Positions 61,128-64,000 of a DNA stretch of 64,000 nt are shown here, piece by piece. Within the stretch, counting starts at the first letter, position 1. Each line of letters begins with the position of its first letter. The stretch comes from Octopus sinensis (lineage: Eukaryota). Both the position numbers and the translations under genes were made by a program. A model generated the notes under the pieces. The model ran no database searches and was not told the origin of the DNA. It saw only the letters and a list, made by a program, of their open reading frames with translations. Where the stretch lies: positions 13,144,001-13,208,000 of the forward strand of contig NC_043023.1 of assembly GCF_006345805.1 (NCBI RefSeq), written 5' to 3'.

Positions 61128-63369
61128 TATCTTATATTGAGAATACGTCGACTATTGACTTTTATACATGCTAGGCCACTGGTGGTGAAATTCCTAAAAA
61201 TATTTGCCATCCTATATATTTACATATCTATCTATATATATATACGATGGACTACTTTCAGTTTCCGTCTAACAAATCCACTCACACAGCTTTGGTCAGC
61301 TCGTGGTTATAGTAGAAGACACTTGTCCAAGGTGTCACGCAGTGGGACTGAACCTGGAACCATGTGGTTGGGAAGCAAACTTCTTACCACACATCCACTC
61401 CTGCACCTATATACGATGGGCTTCTTTTAGTTTCCGTCTACCACATCCATTCACAAGGGTTTGGTCAGCCCGAGGCTATAGCAGAAGGCTGTGTGGTAAG
61501 TAGCTTGTTTACCAACCACATGGTTCTGGGTTCAGTCCCACTGCGTGGCACCTTGGGCAAGTGTCTTCTACTTTAGCCTCGGGCCGACCAAAGCCTTGTG
61601 AGTGCATTTGGTAGATGGAGACTGAAAGAGGCCCGTCGTATATATGTATGTGTGTGTGTCTGTGTTTGTCCCCCTAGCATTGCTTGACAACCGATGCTGG
61701 TGTGTATATGTCCTCCATAACTTAGCGGTTCGGCAAAACAGACCGACAGAATAAGTACTGGGCATACAAAGAATAAGTCCTGGGGTCAATTTGATCGATT
61801 AAAGGCGGTGTTCCAGCATGGCCACAGTCAAATGACTGAAACAAGTAAAAGAGAATAAAACCATATTACGATATGCACATGAGCATCATCATCATCGTTT
61901 AACGTCCGCTTTCCATGGGTGGACGGTTCAACTGGGGTCTGGGAAGCCAGAAGGCTGCACCAGGCCAGTCAGATCTGGCAGTGTTTCTACAGCTGGATGC
62001 CCTTCCTAACGCCAACCACTCCGTGAGTGTAGTGGGTGCTTTTTATGTGCCAGACGAGGCTGGCGAACGGCCACGCTTGGATGGTGCTTTTTACATGCCA
62101 CCAGCACGGAGGCAAGGCAAGGCTGGCAACGGCCATGATCGGATGGTGTTTGTTACGTGCCACCAGCATGGAGGCTAGTCGATGCGGTGCTGGCCACGGC
62201 CACATTCGGATGGTTCTCTCATCTGCCACCGGCACTGGTACCACAACTACAAATTCCATTGATGTTGATCGATTTCAATTTGATTTTTTGATTTTTAAAT
62301 GTTAATATACACACCATAAAGTAGTGCAGCTTAGTGAATGAAATCTTGAAATCAGTTGTGTTGTCTTAAATATCAGTCTTTCGGAGCTCATATTGCACTG
62401 TAGTTCCAATATCTGCCACTATGTGTCTCTGTCACTCGTGATTCCTGCAATTGCTTTGAATCCAATTTTGTTTATGTCTGTTAATTGGCCACTTTCTCTT
62501 ACTACTTACTTGTACTTGTGGCAACATTCACCCTGGGTGGGTTGAATCGGCTTCTTCTACCACCCTCGAGGCATCTTGAACCATGGCACCCCATGCACGA
62601 CGGTCCTACACCAGTTCACCGGAGATAGTGAGCCAGTCACGGTTCCATTGGTGCAGGCTGACTACCTGCGGTCCCGTGAGCACGGAGAGGTCCTCCTTGA
62701 TAGTCGTGGCTCAAGTCTTCAGATGACCGCCCGCGCGTTTCTGCCAGTTGGGAGATGGACATCATGGCTCGGTTCACCCACCCAATTCGACATTATTATT
62801 AAAATACCTCAATTCTATCAGATTCTGAAATTTTTATGTACACACACACACAAACAAACAGTATACATTGGCTGTTATTTTCAGCACAGTAGATGGGCAC
62901 AAGTAACAGAGCACAGTGTCAACAGACATGCTTTCGAGAGATGTGATAAAAATAACAGCCAAATAGACCTCAAGTCAAGCAGCCCGTCATTTTTTTAAAC
63001 AGGCTGTGTGGTAAGTAGCTTGCTTAACAACCACATGATTTCGGGTTCAGTCCCACTGCGTGGCATCTTGGGCAAGTGTCTTCTGCTATAGCATCGGGCC
63101 GACCAATGCCTTGTGAGTGGATTTGGTAGACGGAAACTGAAAGAAGCCTGTCGTATATATGTATGTGTGTGTATATGTTTGTCCCCCTAGCATTGCTTGA
63201 CAACCGATGCTGGTGTGTTTACGTCCCCGTCACTTAGCGGTTCGGCAAAAGTGACCAATAGAATAACTACTAGGCTTACAAAGAATAAGTCCTTGGGTCG
63301 ATTTAATCTACTAAAGGCAGTGCTCCAGCATGGCCGCAGTCAAATGACTGAAACAAGTAAAAAAGAGAG

Positions 63370-64000
63370 AGAGAGACCTAAATCAGATTTACACCATTTG
63401 TCTAGAGCCAGAAATTTTACACCATGGAAGTGGATCCAGGCAATGACTTTCCCCAACATGTCAAATCAAACTCTAGAGATTCTATTGATTGCTTTAGTTT
63501 ATTCTTATCCGTAAAGATAGGTATTCCTGTCACGATCTCCATCGGCTGCAAGCTGGCAGAATCATTAGCATGCCGGGCGAAATGCTTAGCGGTATTTCGT
63601 CTGTCTTTACATTCTGGGTTCAAATTCTGTCGAGGTTGACTTTGCCTTTCATCCTTTTAGGATCGATAAATTAAGTACCAGTTACGCACTGGGGTCGACA
63701 TAATCTGTCTGTCCTTTCTGTGTTTAGCCCCTTGTGGGTAGTAAAGAAATAGATATCCATCCACTTGTTTGTCATATTTTTTTAATGCATTCACTTTTCA
63801 TTTGAAAAACATGTCCTACCCATCTTCACTGAATTCTCATCAACACGCTTTGGATGCTGGACATACCACATGTGTCTAAGATTTTGACATTTGATGTCTT
63901 ATCATGCCATTTTGTTGCATATTTTTTGCAAACATCATATGCGAAAAGTTTGAAGTATTTTTTTTATTTCTGTGTAGAAGGGAGTCCCTGCTTCTGCCGC
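63370..64000 (-). repeat. Reverse-complement copy of the cassette distal 3' flank (homologous to 50800-51200)
   Basis: 63840-64000 matches 50800-50950 in reverse; 63378-63480 matches 51095-51200 in reverse. Confidence 0.8.

Overview
AT-rich, microsatellite- and SINE-dense animal genomic DNA containing a tandem cluster of eight paralogous C2H2 zinc-finger genes with single coding exons. I label them A(-), B(+), C(-), D(+), E(+), F(+), G(+), H(+); they carry about 9-24 canonical HTGEKPY-linked fingers each and have no recognisable KRAB, SCAN or BTB domain. The finger style ([11 protein letters not shown]), the SINE and RTE repeat families and the cluster layout fit a cephalopod, most likely an Octopus C2H2-ZNF cluster; this is inference from established knowledge, not a database hit. 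Each gene sits in a shared cassette: an upstream module with a G|GTAAGT donor (7 of 8 genes), an identical TATTTCAG|AATAT acceptor, a 5' leader built partly from fossil finger repeats, the finger array, and a conserved ~300-bp 3' element with AATAAA signals. Between the genes are tRNA-derived SINEs, a 5'-truncated RTE LINE, several MITE families, a Helitron-like element, and mariner and Gypsy relics. The most notable observations are: (1) a palindromic insertion carrying a minimal Penelope-type hammerhead ribozyme motif downstream of gene A, plus a second hammerhead-like 97-bp hairpin; (2) start codons apparently born inside a frameshifted fossil finger; (3) an 84-bp single-finger array and an 'empty' cassette recording finger birth and loss; (4) an ~11-unit SINE concatemer with a 13-bp target-site duplication inside the terminal finger of D. 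All alignments and counts were made by eye and need computational confirmation. No bacterial-type systems, CRISPR arrays, rRNA or genuine tRNA genes were seen.
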